Shown here piece after piece: positions 30,080-40,724 of a stretch of 64,000 nt of DNA. Numbering within the stretch: position 1 is the stretch's first letter; every line of letters begins with the position of its first letter. The notes under the pieces are model-generated. The model saw only the letters and a list, made by a program, of their open reading frames with translations. It was not told where the DNA came from and did not search any database. The DNA comes from an uncultured archaeon. Its GTDB lineage: Archaea; Asgardarchaeota; Lokiarchaeia; Sigyniarchaeales; SOKP01. The DNA lies in the NCBI GenBank assembly GCA_964486045.1, contig CAZALK010000001.1, positions 872,242 to 936,241 of the forward strand. The letters run 5' to 3'. Made by a program: the position numbers and the translations under genes.

Positions 30080-30718
30080 ATGAAAAATATTGATTTTTTT
30101 AGGTTAAAACTATACATAAAACTTCATAATTATCTCTATAATAGAATAAGTTCATTATCCACAATAATTAATAATGGGATTCATCCTAAACATAGGATTA
30201 TAAACTATCATAAATTCTTTTTGGATCAAATTGAAAGAGATTCAAAAGTACTTGATATTGGATGCGGAATAGGCATTGTAACTTATGACATTGCTCAAAA
30301 AGCAAAATTTGTTGTGGGAATTGATATAAATGCAAAATCAATCAAAACAGCTTTAAGCCAATTTAAAAAAGAAAATATTAAATATATTATTGGTGATGTG
30401 ACAACTTACCAATTTAATGAAAAATTTGATTATATTATTCTATCTAATGTCTTGGAACATATCAGAGATAGGGTGCCCTTTTTAAAGCGTATTAGAACCA
30501 AGGCTGATTCGATTCTCATTAGAGTTCCGATGATAAATAGATCATGGTTATCACTATATAAAAAGGAATTAGGGTTCGAATATCGACTTGATAAAACCCA
30601 CTGTATTGAATATACAATTGAATTATTTCAATTGGAAATGGAGGAGGCTGATCTTAGAGTTTTAGATTTTAGCATCCAATATGGTGAAATATGGGCAAAA
30701 GTTGGGAAAAAGTCATAA
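30080..30718 (+). CDS. Class I SAM-dependent methyltransferase
   Basis: HPKH, VLDIGCGIG, FDYIILSNVLEHI. Confidence 0.88.
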   Translation: MKNIDFFRLKLYIKLHNYLYNRISSLSTIINNGIHPKHRIINYHKFFLDQIERDSKVLDIGCGIGIVTYDIAQKAKFVVGIDINAKSIKTALSQFKKENIKYIIGDVTTYQFNEKFDYIILSNVLEHIRDRVPFLKRIRTKADSILIRVPMINRSWLSLYKKELGFEYRLDKTHCIEYTIELFQLEMEEADLRVLDFSIQYGEIWAKVGKKS

Positions 30719-30834
30719 CATGTGAAAAAATCATGGTTAATTAATTAAGCTTAATAATTGGAGATTAAGGAAATAAAAAATGTTTAAAATTTATAATTCT
30801 AACATATAATTTAATAATTCAAAAAATTATAAAC

Positions 30835-31581
30835 GTGGTTGATATTAAGGGAGTGATTTTAGCGGGAGGAACGGGGTCAAGGTTATCTCCTTTAACAAAA
30901 GTTACAAATAAGCATCTATTACCTGTTTATAATGAACCTATGATTTATAAAGTAATTAAATCTTTATCTAATTCAGGAATCTCTGATATAATTATCGTTT
31001 TAGGGGGAGAAAGTGTGGGTGATTTTGTAAGGCTTTTAGGAGATGGAAGAGATTTCGATGCAAATATCACATATGTTTATCAGCAAAAAGCAGGGGGTAT
31101 CGCCGAGGCATTATATTTAACCAAAAATATAGTGGAAGGGCATAAAGTAGCTGTTATTCTTGGAGATAATATCTTTGAAGATAATTTTACTGAAGAAATT
31201 AATTTATTTAGAGATTCAGAAGAATACGACTGTATGCTATTTCTAAAGGAGGTTTCAGATCCTGAAAGATTTGGAGTTGCAGAGATTGATAGCCAACATA
31301 GTCTTATCTCTATTGAAGAAAAGCCAAAAAAACCTAAGAGCAACTATGTGGTGACAGGATTGTATCTCTATAATGAAAAGATTTTTGAGATGATAGAAAA
31401 AGTCATAGATGAAATTGGCTATTCTAATAGAGGTGAATTAGAAATAACTGATGTGAATAATTATTATTTAAAGTATGGAAAGATTAAGGCCAACATTATA
31501 GAAGGATTTTGGTCGGATGCGGGTACATTTGAAACACTACTTAGATCTAGTAATTTTATTCAAAAATTAAATAATGAATAA
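30835..31581 (+). CDS. rmlA: Glucose-1-phosphate thymidylyltransferase (short form)
   Basis: GVILAGGTGSRLSPLTKVTNKHLLPV, LGDNIF, RGELEITD, WSDAGT. Confidence 0.92.
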   Translation: MVDIKGVILAGGTGSRLSPLTKVTNKHLLPVYNEPMIYKVIKSLSNSGISDIIIVLGGESVGDFVRLLGDGRDFDANITYVYQQKAGGIAEALYLTKNIVEGHKVAVILGDNIFEDNFTEEINLFRDSEEYDCMLFLKEVSDPERFGVAEIDSQHSLISIEEKPKKPKSNYVVTGLYLYNEKIFEMIEKVIDEIGYSNRGELEITDVNNYYLKYGKIKANIIEGFWSDAGTFETLLRSSNFIQKLNNE

Positions 31582-31596
31582 TTTAAATAAAAAAGG

Positions 31597-32070
31597 ATGA
31601 GAATTATTATGGATTTAATTGAAGGAGTTATAATAAAAAAACTTAATCCTATTTTAGATGAAAGGGGCTATCTTCAAGAGTGCTTTCGTTCAGATTGGGA
31701 ACTCTTTAAGAAATTTGGACAAGCCTATATTACTGTTGCATTTTCTAATGTAGTTAAAGCTTGGCATTCACATAAAATCCAAACAGATAATCTGGTTTGT
31801 ATAGTGGGCAATGCTAAATTAGTGTTATCAGATGATAGGAAGGATTCTTCCACCTACAAAAAAATAAATGAAATCTTTTTTGGGGAAAAAAACCCAATTT
31901 TGATAAGTATCCCCCCTAACATTTGGCATGGTTTTAAGGCTATTGGTGGGAATAGAATTATGGTAATGAATGTACCAACAGAATTATATAATTACTCAAA
32001 CCCAGATGAATACAGATTACCTTATAACGATGAAAAAATCGATTATGATTGGGAAATTAAAATGGGGTAA
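31597..32070 (+). CDS. rmlC: dTDP-4-dehydrorhamnose 3,5-epimerase
   Basis: DERGY, VKAWHSH, IPPNIWHGF; between rmlA and rmlB. Confidence 0.88.
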   Translation: MRIIMDLIEGVIIKKLNPILDERGYLQECFRSDWELFKKFGQAYITVAFSNVVKAWHSHKIQTDNLVCIVGNAKLVLSDDRKDSSTYKKINEIFFGEKNPILISIPPNIWHGFKAIGGNRIMVMNVPTELYNYSNPDEYRLPYNDEKIDYDWEIKMG

Positions 32071-32090
32071 TATCTACTAGTGAATTTTAG

Positions 32091-33119
32091 GTGAAAATGA
32101 AAACTATTTTAGTAACTGGCGGAATGGGTTTTATTGGAAGCAATTTCATCCGTTTTATATTAGGATTAAATGAAGATTTCAAAATAATTAATGTAGACAA
32201 GTTAACTTATGCGGGAAATCTTGAAAATTTAAAAAATATAGAAAAAAAATATGTAGAATGTTACAAATTTTACAAAAGTGATATTTGTGATTTTGATACT
32301 ATAGATAGGATTATTATAAAAGAAAATGTGGAATTTATCATTAATTTCGCTGCTGAAACACATGTCGATCGTTCAATAGATAATCCAAAACTTTTTTGTG
32401 ATACAAATATTTTAGGCACTCAATCGCTATTAAATTCGGCAAAAAAGAATAAAATTAAAAAATTTGTTCATATTTCTACAGATGAGGTGTATGGATCGCT
32501 TAATTTCACAGATCCAGCCTTTACTGAAAAAACTCCTTTATCTCCTAATAGTCCATACGCTGCAAGCAAAGCTTCAGCTGATCTTTTACTAAATGCATAT
32601 TATAAAACTTATAATTTCCCTGTAGTTATTACTCGATGCTCTAATAATTACGGACCCTGTCAATTTCCCGAAAAATTTATCCCTTTAATAATTCATAATG
32701 CGTTGAATTCTAAAGAACTTCCAATTTATGGCGAAGGAATTAATGTTAGAGATTGGATTTATGTAGTTGACCATTGTAAAGGGATTTTAGATGTATTTTT
32801 ACAAGGAAGAGTTGGTGAAATCTATAATCTTGGGGGAGATTCGGAAATCAGAAATACCGATTTAGTTAAAAAAATATTAAAGATTCTGGATCGTCCAGAA
32901 TCTCTTATAACTTATGTTAAAGATCGTCCTGGTCATGATTTAAGATATGCTATGAACCATGAGAAAATCTCAAAAGAATTAAATTGGAAACCTGAAGTCA
33001 AACTCGAGGAAGGATTAGAATTGACCGCTGAATGGTATATTAATAATGAAGATTGGTTAACTAATGTAATTAATAAGGAATATCTAACTTTTTATGAAAA
33101 ACAATATAAAAATAGATAA
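32091..33119 (+). CDS. rmlB: dTDP-glucose 4,6-dehydratase (start may be ATG 32097)
   Basis: TGGMGFIGSNF, DKLTYAGN, AAETHVDRSI, STDEVYG, YAASK, RCSNNYGP, DRPGHDLRY. Confidence 0.95.
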   Translation: MKMKTILVTGGMGFIGSNFIRFILGLNEDFKIINVDKLTYAGNLENLKNIEKKYVECYKFYKSDICDFDTIDRIIIKENVEFIINFAAETHVDRSIDNPKLFCDTNILGTQSLLNSAKKNKIKKFVHISTDEVYGSLNFTDPAFTEKTPLSPNSPYAASKASADLLLNAYYKTYNFPVVITRCSNNYGPCQFPEKFIPLIIHNALNSKELPIYGEGINVRDWIYVVDHCKGILDVFLQGRVGEIYNLGGDSEIRNTDLVKKILKILDRPESLITYVKDRPGHDLRYAMNHEKISKELNWKPEVKLEEGLELTAEWYINNEDWLTNVINKEYLTFYEKQYKNR

Positions 33120-34035
33120 AAACAGTAAAAAAGTCTTATTAATAGGAGCAAATGGGTTTTTAGGATCTAATATTCTTAATCTCAAAAATTCGAAAGAATC
33201 AATACATCAAAACTTATTATTTTTTGCTGCTGATTTAAAAAATACTAGAGTTATTAGAAATATACCTTTTTATCATTTAGATATAACTGATTCAACGTTT
33301 GTTTCTAACACAATTGCGAAAATATCTCCAGATGTTATTATTTTAACAGCGGCGTTAACTCACGTCGATCAATGTGAAATTAATAAAAGTCTTGCTACAC
33401 AGGTTAATGTAGAGGGTCCCAAAAATGTTATTGAAGCAAGTAAGAAAATAAATAGCAAGCTAATTTTTATCTCTACTGATTTTATTTTTGATGGAACTAA
33501 AGAAAAAGGTTCTTATTACTCCGAATTCGATCCCCCAAATCCTTTAAACTATTATGCCAAAACTAAATTAGAAGCTGAGCAACAAATTGTTAATTCTGAG
33601 ATAGATTATCTTATTTGTAGGACTGCTGTTTTATATGGATGGAATAACGAAAAATTAAATTTTATCACATGGATGCTCAAAAATTTTGAACAAAATAATA
33701 AAATTTCAATTGTCAAAGATCAAATAAATTCTCCAACCTTTATCCGAAATTTGGCTGAAATTATAATAAAATTAATTGAAAAAGACGCAAGAGGAATATA
33801 TCACACAGCAGGTGATAGTATGCTAAGTAGATATGAAATGGCAAAACAATGTGCAGAAGTTTTTGGTTTTAGTAATGATTTAATCGAAGGTATTGATAAT
33901 TTAAAACAAAAAGCTACTCGACCCAAAAATGTTGGATTAAATATCAATAAACTTAAAAATCTTTTAGGTGATGAGTTAAAAATTTATAAATTTGAAGAAG
34001 GTCTTCGGTATATGAAAAGACATAAGAACTTATGA
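33094..34035 (+). CDS. rmlD: dTDP-4-dehydrorhamnose reductase
   Basis: GANGFLG, AALTHVDQCE, ISTDFIFDG, YAKTK, DQINSPT. Confidence 0.92.
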   Translation: MKNNIKIDKNSKKVLLIGANGFLGSNILNLKNSKESIHQNLLFFAADLKNTRVIRNIPFYHLDITDSTFVSNTIAKISPDVIILTAALTHVDQCEINKSLATQVNVEGPKNVIEASKKINSKLIFISTDFIFDGTKEKGSYYSEFDPPNPLNYYAKTKLEAEQQIVNSEIDYLICRTAVLYGWNNEKLNFITWMLKNFEQNNKISIVKDQINSPTFIRNLAEIIIKLIEKDARGIYHTAGDSMLSRYEMAKQCAEVFGFSNDLIEGIDNLKQKATRPKNVGLNINKLKNLLGDELKIYKFEEGLRYMKRHKNL

Positions 34036-34164
34036 ATAAAATTTTCTTGATATTTTGCCCCACTTCTTCTATTAATTGTTTATTATGGTATAACGTATTA
34101 ATATTAATTAAAAATATTAATTAAAACCTTAATATTATTTCTATAGATAAATATACTAACTAAA

Positions 34165-35301
34165 TTGAAAATAAGTAATCAAATGAATCATATTTTAAAC
34201 CAATTTCTACGAATCATATTGTATTGTCTAGATTATAGTTTAAAAAAGTATAAAAGTTACTATTTATATAAACTGAAGAGGTTTTTGCTAGGAATTAACA
34301 CAAAAGTGATTTATGTCGTCGAAGAAGATAGTTGGGCAATTGAATGGGTTGGAAAAAATATAATTGAAAATTTAAAGAATTTAAAGCTAATAAATGCTGA
34401 AATAACAACTCCACAGATATATCAAAAAAAAATATTTCATTTTGGTTCAATTAATTGTTTAATAATTAAGAATAGAATAATTAAACCCCATAAATCTAAT
34501 AAAATTGTACTAACTTGGTTTCATATCAACCCTTTAGATAAAAGGATTAAGTTTATTCCGATTATAAATAAGTTCGTTGATTACGTACATACTTCAAACA
34601 ATATAACAGCAAATCAATTGAAAAAATATGGTTTTGATGAAAATAAAATAATAATAATACCATTAGGTGTTGATATTTCCCACTTTAAAATATTTAATGA
34701 TAAAAAAAGAAATTCGTTAAAAGAGAAATATAATATACCCAAGAATAAGATTATTATTGGGTCATTTCAGAAGGATAGTGTAGGATGGGGTGAAGGTTTA
34801 AAACCAAAATTAGTGAAAGGTCCTGATATTTTCTGTCAAGTCGTAAACAGATTGAGTAAAGATTATGAAATTCATATTTTTCTTACTGGACCAGCAAGAG
34901 GATATGTTAAGAAACAGTTAGAAGACTATGGAATACCTTATACTCATATATTTCTCAAGAATTATCTTGATATTGTAGAATGTTATAATATTCTGGATTT
35001 ATATTTAGTAACCTCTAGAATTGAAGGAGGGCCTTTAGCTATATTAGAAGGAATGGCAACAGGAGTTCCGATTGTAACTACAAATGTAGGTATGGTTCCT
35101 GAAATAATTCAAAATGGTTTGAATGGATTCATAACTGAAATAGAAGATATTGATAAATTATGTCAATTCTCTATAAGTATAATAAAAAATAAAGATTTGA
35201 GGGAAAAATTCATTGCTAACGGATTGAAATCTGTTCAAAACTTCAGTTGGAAAGAAATTGCAAAAGAATATTATGAAAAAATATATAAAAGGTTATTATA
35301 A
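34165..35301 (+). CDS. Glycosyltransferase family 4
   Basis: IGSFQKD, KGPD, TSRIEGGPLAILEGMATG. Confidence 0.9.
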   Translation: MKISNQMNHILNQFLRIILYCLDYSLKKYKSYYLYKLKRFLLGINTKVIYVVEEDSWAIEWVGKNIIENLKNLKLINAEITTPQIYQKKIFHFGSINCLIIKNRIIKPHKSNKIVLTWFHINPLDKRIKFIPIINKFVDYVHTSNNITANQLKKYGFDENKIIIIPLGVDISHFKIFNDKKRNSLKEKYNIPKNKIIIGSFQKDSVGWGEGLKPKLVKGPDIFCQVVNRLSKDYEIHIFLTGPARGYVKKQLEDYGIPYTHIFLKNYLDIVECYNILDLYLVTSRIEGGPLAILEGMATGVPIVTTNVGMVPEIIQNGLNGFITEIEDIDKLCQFSISIIKNKDLREKFIANGLKSVQNFSWKEIAKEYYEKIYKRLL

Positions 35302-35967
35302 GTGTTGTTTTTTATTTTTTCTTGCAATAATAAAATAACCATTATGAAAATTATTTAACACTAAATTCTTTTTTACATTAGGTTTATTATCAAATCTAAT
35401 CATCAGGTTTAAAAACGGTATTATTATTTTTAAGAAAAATCTTTCCATTTTCGACCCATATATCAATTTCGCTCTGATAATTTCTGCCAAATGTGTATAA
35501 TATCTACCCATAATTATAAGATTCTCAATTTTGAAGTTATGTTTTTTTAATTCTCCTCTCCATTTGGTAGAAGTCCACCTTTGAAAATCAAATGGATCAG
35601 CATGAATTTGCCATAGAAAAGGAATTGAGATAATCAAAATTCCTTTTTTTTTTAATACACGTTGACATTCGCTTAAACCCTTTTCTATTTCTTCGACATG
35701 CTCAAATAATTCAATAGCATTAATTACATCTATACTTTCCGTTTCAATATGTGACATATTTGCGACATCTAAAACAATATCAGGCTTATTTTCTTTATTT
35801 ATATCCGCAAAAATCCATTTTTTGACCTTATCTTTGGGTTTTTTAAAATATCCTCTATCCCTTCCCCCGATATCTAAAACAACCCCTTGATAAAAACTTT
35901 TATATTTTTCTAAAAGTTGATCAATAATTTTTCGTCGATAAGATATAGAAATTTTAGATTTTTTCAT
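35296..35967 (-). CDS. Class I SAM-dependent methyltransferase (type 11-like)
   Basis: VLDIGG, ELFEHV, PFLWQIHADPFDFQRWT. Confidence 0.85.
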   Translation of the reverse strand: MKKSKISISYRRKIIDQLLEKYKSFYQGVVLDIGGRDRGYFKKPKDKVKKWIFADINKENKPDIVLDVANMSHIETESIDVINAIELFEHVEEIEKGLSECQRVLKKKGILIISIPFLWQIHADPFDFQRWTSTKWRGELKKHNFKIENLIIMGRYYTHLAEIIRAKLIYGSKMERFFLKIIIPFLNLMIRFDNKPNVKKNLVLNNFHNGYFIIARKNKKQHL

Positions 35968-36110
35968 TACTTTTTATTAAGATAGGGGTTTTTAGAACAT
36001 TAAATTCAAATGATTTAGAAAAATTATTTACGCAACTTCTAATATTTTAATATAATGATTTAACAATTAAAAATATATAATCAAGCAAGTCTTACACCTT
36101 TTAAATTCCA

Positions 36111-37214
36111 TTGAGAAAGAAAATGAAAGAAATTAAAATCTACATTGAATATAAATTTTTTCAAGGACCTTATGGAGGTGGAAATCAATTCTTAAAAGCG
36201 TTAAAAAATTCATTAATAAAAAAGGGTTATTATAGTAATAACCCAAAGAAAGCAGATTGTATATTGTTCAATTCTCACCATAATATTCAAGAGGTTTTAA
36301 GATTAAAGTTAGAAAATCAATCAAAGATTTTCATTCACAGGTTAGATGGTCCAATTCAGTTAGTCAGAGGTAATGGTCATAACTTAGATCCTCGAATATA
36401 TATATTAAACAATCTTATTGCTGATGGAACAATTTTTCAGTCTAAATGGAGTCAAAAGAAGAACTATCTACTAGGGTTAAAGAAAAACAACTTTGAAACA
36501 ATAATAAATAATGGAGCTGATAAAGATATCTTTTATCGGAGTGAACCGGGGAATGTAGAACTGAATATCAAAAATAAAGTTAAATTAATCGCAACAAGCT
36601 GGTCGGAAAATTTAAATAAAGGTTTTCATCTTTACAAATTTTTAGATGAATATCTTAATTTTAACCAATATCACATGAAATTTATTGGAAATAGCCCAAT
36701 TAGATTTAAAAATATTCAGATGATTAAACCTAAAGAATCTAAAAAGTTGGCAAATCTATTACAACGAAGTCATATCTATATCACTGGATCTAAAAATGAT
36801 CCTTGTTCAAATTCTCTAATTGAAGCATTATCATGCGGATTGCCATGTGTTGCTTTAAATGATGGAGGTCATCCAGAGATCGTAAAAAATGGGGGAGAAC
36901 TATTCAATAACTTTAATGATTGCCTAAAGAAAATACAATTAGTTAGAGATAATTATAAAACTTATCGAGACAATATCCAAATCCAACATGTTGACCAGGT
37001 ATGTGAATTATATTATAAATTTATCAAAAAAATATATTTATCATATTCAACCAGAGAATATAAGGTTAAAAAACTTACTTTATTCAATTATTATAGTACA
37101 TTATTCAAGTGTTTGTATATTAGAAATATTAAAATAAGACCATCTATTAGAAATGAGATGAATAGAATAAAATCATGGTGGAAAAAATCAATAAGAAAAT
37201 TACAACGAAATTAG
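36111..37214 (+). CDS. Glycosyltransferase family 4
   Basis: GPYGGGNQF, HRLDGP, SKNDPCSNSLIEALSCGLP. Confidence 0.85.
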   Translation: MRKKMKEIKIYIEYKFFQGPYGGGNQFLKALKNSLIKKGYYSNNPKKADCILFNSHHNIQEVLRLKLENQSKIFIHRLDGPIQLVRGNGHNLDPRIYILNNLIADGTIFQSKWSQKKNYLLGLKKNNFETIINNGADKDIFYRSEPGNVELNIKNKVKLIATSWSENLNKGFHLYKFLDEYLNFNQYHMKFIGNSPIRFKNIQMIKPKESKKLANLLQRSHIYITGSKNDPCSNSLIEALSCGLPCVALNDGGHPEIVKNGGELFNNFNDCLKKIQLVRDNYKTYRDNIQIQHVDQVCELYYKFIKKIYLSYSTREYKVKKLTLFNYYSTLFKCLYIRNIKIRPSIRNEMNRIKSWWKKSIRKLQRN

Positions 37215-37353
37215 AAAAAATAAAATAGATCGATGAAGTTTTAAAATTAATGAAGATAAAATATGTGCCGAATTCATCTAATAAAATGAATCTTGATTCT
37301 TATGAATTTTCTTATATACGTTCAGTAAATAATCAATATACTTCCTCAAGACA

Positions 37354-38154
37354 ATGAAAAATCGTAGCATAGCATTAATTGTACTAAGTGTTATAAATAA
37401 GCTTTTACGTATCCTACATTTTAATTTTCTATTTATGATTAAATCCAATGATTCTAAAGAAAAAATAATACCAATTGATATACAAGGGGAAAAGGGATTT
37501 ATGGATCTTTATAAAAAATGTAAAGATTATACTATGACTTCCGTTGAAAGGATGTTTTCGCTATATAAGGCTATAGAATTTATAGTAGATAATAAAATAC
37601 CTGGAGACATTGTAGAATGTGGTGTCTGGAAAGGGGGGAGTATGATGCTTTGTGCACTAAAATTATTAGAAATGGGGGAAATTACACGAAAAATTTATTT
37701 GTACGATACATATAAGGGAATGACTGAACCTTCGCATCATGATATAAGAACCTTCGATAATTTTAAAGCAAAAACTAAATATGATAAATTGAAACATAAA
37801 GGTATCAAATGGGATTATGCTTCATTAAATGAGGTGAAAAGAAATTGTATTTCAACTGGTTTCCCTAAAATGAATTTAATCTTTATAGAAGGGAGAATTG
37901 AAGAGACAATACCTCAGACGGTTCCCAAAAAAATATCAATACTTAGATTAGATACAGATTGGTACGAATCCACGTATCACGAACTATATCATTTGTATCC
38001 AAAATTATCTGTGAATGGAATATTAATCTTAGATGATTATGGGCATTGGAAGGGAGCAAAAGAAGCAACAGATAAATATATCAAGGAAAATAATATAAAA
38101 ATATTATTTAATAGGAACGACAAAACGGGAAGATTAGGGATCAAGATGAATTAA
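37354..38154 (+). CDS. TylF/MycF/NovP-family sugar O-methyltransferase
   Basis: PGDIVECGVWKGGS, YLYDTY.GM, ILRLDTDWYEST, DDYGHW.GA. Confidence 0.92.
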   Translation: MKNRSIALIVLSVINKLLRILHFNFLFMIKSNDSKEKIIPIDIQGEKGFMDLYKKCKDYTMTSVERMFSLYKAIEFIVDNKIPGDIVECGVWKGGSMMLCALKLLEMGEITRKIYLYDTYKGMTEPSHHDIRTFDNFKAKTKYDKLKHKGIKWDYASLNEVKRNCISTGFPKMNLIFIEGRIEETIPQTVPKKISILRLDTDWYESTYHELYHLYPKLSVNGILILDDYGHWKGAKEATDKYIKENNIKILFNRNDKTGRLGIKMN

Positions 38155-38156
38155 AT

Positions 38157-39791
38157 TTAAAAAGAGTTATTCGATACTTTTATTTCTCTCTTAGAAGGAA
38201 TAAATTTTCTGGTTATTTTTACAATCCTTAGAATAAATCTCTTTTTTGAATTAAGAATTGGAATGATTTCAATTAATTTATCAAATTCTTCTTTAGTAAT
38301 ATATCTTGTAAAATATATAGCAATATAAAATAAAAATAAAAATATTGAAAATTTAATAATGCTATTTAATAAAAGGTTTAAAATTTCAAAACCACTGAAA
38401 ATTTGGATGTTTACAAAAGAGGAAATTATAATTGTAATTAATAAACTCGCCATAATTAATAAAGTAGGCTTATAAATAGTTATAATATTTAGATTTAGCT
38501 TAGTATAATGATTGTTTAATAAAAATGAAATAAAACTATAAAAATATGAAGAAATAACATACAAGATAATTAAAAATTCAAAATTAAAGAATAATATCGC
38601 TATAGCTGTACTTGTAATATGAATAGTCACTTGAATTATATTCATTTGTACAGAAATTATAGTATTATTTGTTGAAAAAGTGATAATACCTAAAGATCTC
38701 AAGATTATCCTTGAAAATGTAATCAATACAAATACTTTTATAGCAAAAATTATTACAAAATAGGTTTCGGTATATATCAATTCAAAAAAAACCTCTATAA
38801 AAAAAAATAATAACCCTACCAGAATACCACTAAGTAATAATGAATATTTTAAGAAATTGATAAAATACGATTTAAATTCAGACTTACTCTTTACATATAA
38901 CTCTGAAAATATTGAAGTGGACTGTTTCGAGTTTGAAGTATTTAAAACAAAACCTATCATTTTCTCACCTATCGCTATATAAGTTATAAAAATAATTACA
39001 CCAGAATTTAAATATAAGAAGTTTAGAATGAGGATACCTGCTTGGCTGATTAAACCCATTACAATCACATTTAATCCATATTTCTTCTGCAACTCATTAA
39101 ATTTTTGTTTATAATCTTTAATGCTTATTTTTTTTTTATTTTTGTTTTTAATATTTAAGAGGGGTAAAATTGATAAAAATGACGTTAAAAAAGTAGAAAA
39201 CCCATTTAACAAATTTAAGAAAGTAATTAATATTAATGGTATTTTTAACTGAAAAATAAAAATCATAAAAAGACAAACTGTAAATATAAGAATATTCAAA
39301 ATATTTATCCAAAATAATCGTCTAAATTTCTGGAAAGCTAATAAAATTGATAGGTTTAAATTTTGGAAATTATTAAAAAAAATCATTGGTGAAACAATAA
39401 TAATTATTTGAAACAGTTGGAGTTCAATATTTAACAAACTAATTATTATTAAAAATAGGATGTAGATAATTACTGTGTAGAAGAATCTATTTTTATAATT
39501 GTAATAAACAAAACTTAGTAGTTCTTCTTCAACTTTTTCATTTTCAGCAAGTAATCGAGGGATATAATATGTAATTGTTGACGTTGCACCAGGTGGAAAA
39601 AAACCACAAATAAAAACAGCGAAATTTAAAATTGATAAAGCTAGAATAATTGTAGCCCATTCTTCTGGTGAAATTAATCTTACTATTAAAAATGTGGTAA
39701 AAATACCAATAATAAAACTTAAATTCAAAAATATTGCATTTAGACTACTACTTTCAAAAATCTTCTTTTTTATTTTTTTATTTTCAGTCAT
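38157..39791 (-). CDS. Oligosaccharide flippase (Wzx/MOP superfamily)
   Basis: 544 aa with about 14 hydrophobic segments; N-terminal 'IVRLISPEEWA' pattern typical of Wzx-like proteins. Confidence 0.75.
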   Translation of the reverse strand: MTENKKIKKKIFESSSLNAIFLNLSFIIGIFTTFLIVRLISPEEWATIILALSILNFAVFICGFFPPGATSTITYYIPRLLAENEKVEEELLSFVYYNYKNRFFYTVIIYILFLIIISLLNIELQLFQIIIIVSPMIFFNNFQNLNLSILLAFQKFRRLFWINILNILIFTVCLFMIFIFQLKIPLILITFLNLLNGFSTFLTSFLSILPLLNIKNKNKKKISIKDYKQKFNELQKKYGLNVIVMGLISQAGILILNFLYLNSGVIIFITYIAIGEKMIGFVLNTSNSKQSTSIFSELYVKSKSEFKSYFINFLKYSLLLSGILVGLLFFFIEVFFELIYTETYFVIIFAIKVFVLITFSRIILRSLGIITFSTNNTIISVQMNIIQVTIHITSTAIAILFFNFEFLIILYVISSYFYSFISFLLNNHYTKLNLNIITIYKPTLLIMASLLITIIISSFVNIQIFSGFEILNLLLNSIIKFSIFLFLFYIAIYFTRYITKEEFDKLIEIIPILNSKKRFILRIVKITRKFIPSKREIKVSNNSF

Positions 39792-39913
39792 TTACAATTA
39801 GTTATTAAAATTTACTAAAATTTAATACATATTATAATCAATAAAATAAATTCCTTTTTCTCAATTCATCAATATATTTTGATAAACCAAAAATTAGTTG
39901 AATTCTAATGGGA

Positions 39914-40015
39914 GAATGACTATTTCTAAGATTACTGACGATTCAGATTTTTCCTTAGATGAATGATTACGATGTTAATGATGTTGTCAACTCATTAGAA
40001 TAAGTGTTAAGATAT
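39914..40015 (+). pseudogene. Decayed 3' fragment of a pseC/DegT aminotransferase gene
   Basis: Reads E*LFLRLLTIQIFP*MNDYDVNDVVNSLE*VLRY versus ENLFPRLLTIPLFPKMSDKDVNDVINALEKVLNY at the end of pseC (about 54479-54580). Manual ungapped count gives 76/102 nt identical. Confidence 0.85.
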
Positions 40016-40034
40016 AATAAAAAATAAACAGACT

Positions 40035-40724
40035 TCATATATCATTTCTGATACTTCTTATTAATTCAAATGCTTCAACATAAGTTTTTCCGACCTTGCG
40101 ACCCCAATCTTGAGCCATAATTCTTATTCCTTTGAGTGATCTTGAGTGCGGGTATTCTCTCAGTTCAGTTTTATAACATGCTAATGCTTTTAATTTTAAA
40201 TCAATCGTAGCAGAAATATCTATAAATACATTTGGTCTAAACAAATTATCTCCAGTGTTGATTTGCCATTCTGTCGCTGATGGTATTTCAAAACAATAAA
40301 TATCAGGATGGTTAAAATTAGGTTGAGGTCTACATGCAGTTAGAACAGCTTGAAAAGTTTTCCTATGATCAATGTTTAAATCTCCATGATGGTGAGTAAA
40401 TATTGTATCTGGCTTTATTTTTTCTATATAAGTTGAAACAGTTTTAACAAGATTCAATAGGGGTAATTTGTCGAATTCATTATCTGGGAAAGATTCAAAG
40501 AACGTATTTTTTATATCGATAACGTCATGAGCATTTTTAGTTTCTACTCTTAACTCTTTCTTTTCATCATTTGAAAATTCCTTTGTTCTTGAGGTTATAG
40601 CATCAACTAAAATTAAGGCTGAGATTACATTATCTTTTGCCAACTTTACTATTGTTCCTCCACACCCTAAGATTTCATCATCAGGATGGGCTGCAATGAT
40701 CAAGATTTTTTTATTTTTCATCAA
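40035..40724 (-). CDS. PIG-L/LmbE family N-acetyl-sugar deacetylase
   Basis: AAHPDDEILGCGG, THHHGDLNIDH, YPHSRS, EAF. Confidence 0.9.
   Translation of the reverse strand: MMKNKKILIIAAHPDDEILGCGGTIVKLAKDNVISALILVDAITSRTKEFSNDEKKELRVETKNAHDVIDIKNTFFESFPDNEFDKLPLLNLVKTVSTYIEKIKPDTIFTHHHGDLNIDHRKTFQAVLTACRPQPNFNHPDIYCFEIPSATEWQINTGDNLFRPNVFIDISATIDLKLKALACYKTELREYPHSRSLKGIRIMAQDWGRKVGKTYVEAFELIRSIRNDI

Noticed and set aside
34100-34125. Tandem 13-bp repeat AATATTAATTAAA x2
   Set aside because: Pure A/T low-complexity promoter-region sequence.
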